From the NCBI RefSeq assembly GCF_001194135.2, contig NC_068986.1, positions 105,995,354-106,059,107 of the forward strand: DNA of 63,754 nt, in the 5' to 3' direction. This document shows, in pieces, positions 61,758 through 63,754 of this stretch. Position 1 is the stretch's first letter. Each line of letters opens with the position of its first letter. The notes below the pieces were generated by a model. That model worked only from the letters and a program-made list of their open reading frames with translations, made no database searches and was not told the origin of the DNA. Source of the DNA: Octopus bimaculoides (lineage: Eukaryota). The translations under genes and the position numbers were made by a program.

Positions 61758-62020
61758 GTATGTATATATGTATGTATATATGTATATATATGTATGTATA
61801 TATGTATATATGTATATATAAGTATGTATGTATAACTATGTATATATGTATATATGTGTGTATCCTTGTGTCTGTGGCCTCTCTCACCACTTGACCGGTG
61901 TTAGTCTGTTTACGTCCCCGTAACCCTAGCGGTTCGGCAACAGAGGTGGATAGAATATGTACCAGATTCAAAAAACAAATTTAAAAAGCAGCAGTACTGG
62001 AGTCAATTTTTCGACGCAAA
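61590..62020 (+). repeat. Long (TA)n/(TATG)n array followed by a family B SINE 3' half (about 61850-62020)
   Basis: Read directly; TGTTTACGTCCCCGTAACC.TAGCGGTTCGGCAA. Confidence 0.85.
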
Positions 62021-62464
62021 TCTTTGAAAGTGCTAAAACAGGTAAAAGATACCAGAAAGATAAACGAATGTAATTAAAGGTGAAAGACTTTTATACTCAA
62101 AGATCTAGGTTTATAGGTTAGTATCGTATAGTTGGGTATGAGACATAATCCCAAAATATGGTAATTAAAAGGATTGAAAAATGAATGGCTATCAATCAAT
62201 GTAGCCCGTTGCTTTACCTAATGATTCTCAAGCTGAAAGTGTTTGCCTTTTTATAACCATTCAGCCAACCTCGCGGCTCACTGTTCCTGGGAAGAAACAA
62301 CAATCATTACATCTCGGTTGGATTCCTAAGTGGGACCACCTAAGATTATGGCTATTATCCAACCACCTCGTGGTTGGTTGACCTACATACATACATACAT
62401 ACATACATACATACATACACACATGCGTACATACATACACACATTCATACATATATACATATAT

Positions 62465-63079
62465 TCACACAGAAGCCATAGGCACTCATAATAAGACGGA
62501 ATACAGACCTCAATAAAATGTAAGCACAACTGACCTGATATAGTGATTTATGTAAGGAAGAGAAACTGCGCACAACTGGAAATTTGCAGCTGAGCGTATG
62601 TTAGCATAAAGTTGAAGAATAAGTGAAAAAGAGAACACTTATGCTGAACTATTGAGAAATAAATAATTACTCTATCCAGATTACAAGTTCAGTTTTATAC
62701 CTGTAATTATTGGGACCCTGGGATATGTAACACAATGCCTAAATAGCAATCTTGAGAAATTAGGCTCTCAAAACCAGAAAGGAGAAGGCTAATTCGAAGA
62801 CTACAGATCCAGTTCATCACCGGAACTGTAAAACTCTGTAAAACTTCTTAGAAGTTTATCATTTAAATATATATGGGTATGTCTAGATATGTAAATATAT
62901 GCCTGAGAATACACACATAAAATATACAAATCTGCACATACATACATACATACATGCATACATACATACATACATGCCCTCATGTTGATGCTGAAATTCC
63001 AATGAAGGAACCTTGAATCTAGGTTAGAAACCGGCTCTTTCTGTATTGGCAAGAAATCTTGAAATAAACTGAATAATGA
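62465..63079 (+). mobile_element. 5'-truncated RLE-type non-LTR retrotransposon (endonuclease C-terminus and 3' UTR) within (CATA)n
   Basis: Manual translation KCKHN.PDIVIY...ENTYAELLRN..LYPDYKFSFIPVIIGTLGYVTQCL...RRRLIRRLQIQFITGTVKLCKTF; (CATA)n upstream at 62384-62460 and downstream from 63080. Confidence 0.8.
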
Positions 63080-63584
63080 CATACATACATGCATACATAA
63101 TACTTAAACATGTGCATACATATATACACACATATGTACACACATGCATATATACACAGATGCACACATACATACAGATATGCATACATACATAAATAGA
63201 TACACACATACATACATACATACATACATACATACAGATATGTTTTTAAGTAGATATCCATATCAATCTACAGTCATGCGTATGTATTTCCTTGTAAAAT
63301 AAATCTGTGCACATGCGTGTTTACACATAGATTGAAATAAGCAGTGGGTATGATATGCGCAGGAATGAAATTTTCAAGTATCAAACTAAAATTGTTTTAA
63401 ATGAAAATTAATAAATTATTATTTATTAAAATAATTTATAAACTTGTTTAGTTCTGATTGGAAAGGGATGGATTAAAATTTTGTGCTATCATTCAACTTG
63501 AGGCGTAACGGAAGCTAATCCATAAAATAAAAATAAATCATATACGTTTTTATCTGTTTGTCTGTTTGTCAGTCTGCCGGCCTG

Positions 63585-63663
<79 letters not shown>

Positions 63664-63664
63664 G

Positions 63665-63723
<59 letters not shown>

Positions 63724-63754
63724 GTCTATCTATCTATCTATCTATCTATCTATC
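63585..63754 (+). repeat. (TATC)n array running to the window end
   Basis: Read directly. Confidence 0.98.

Overview
AT-rich, repeat-saturated eukaryotic DNA with no host protein-coding exon that I can recognise. The repeat families, the TTAGGG telomere motif and the very high microsatellite density point to an octopus (coleoid cephalopod) genome; this is an inference, not a database result. Contents: about 50 copies of at least five tRNA-headed SINE families (called A-E here). There is a full-length but decayed R4/Dong-type RLE retrotransposon in a (TAA)n array, two further RLE-type fragments, a Tx1/L1 RT fragment, three RTE fragments, a cryptic Ty3/Gypsy RT and a cryptic hAT transposase. 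Mariner-, piggyBac- and Merlin-like MITEs, a fold-back element, many microsatellites and nine N gaps are also present. Most interesting signals: (1) a minimal hammerhead-ribozyme core in a Penelope-type tail joined to a tRNA B-box remnant and duplicated as a fold-back, plus hammerhead-like cores in two other repeat families; (2) MITEs carrying inverted TTAGGG arrays, one mimicking a telomere fusion; (3) retroelements embedded in, and apparently targeting, (TAA)n and (CATA)n microsatellites; (4) a perfect 24-bp hairpin made inside a SINE; (5) an exact 40-bp periodic motif array. All alignments and translations were done by eye, so boundaries are approximate unless a TSD is quoted.
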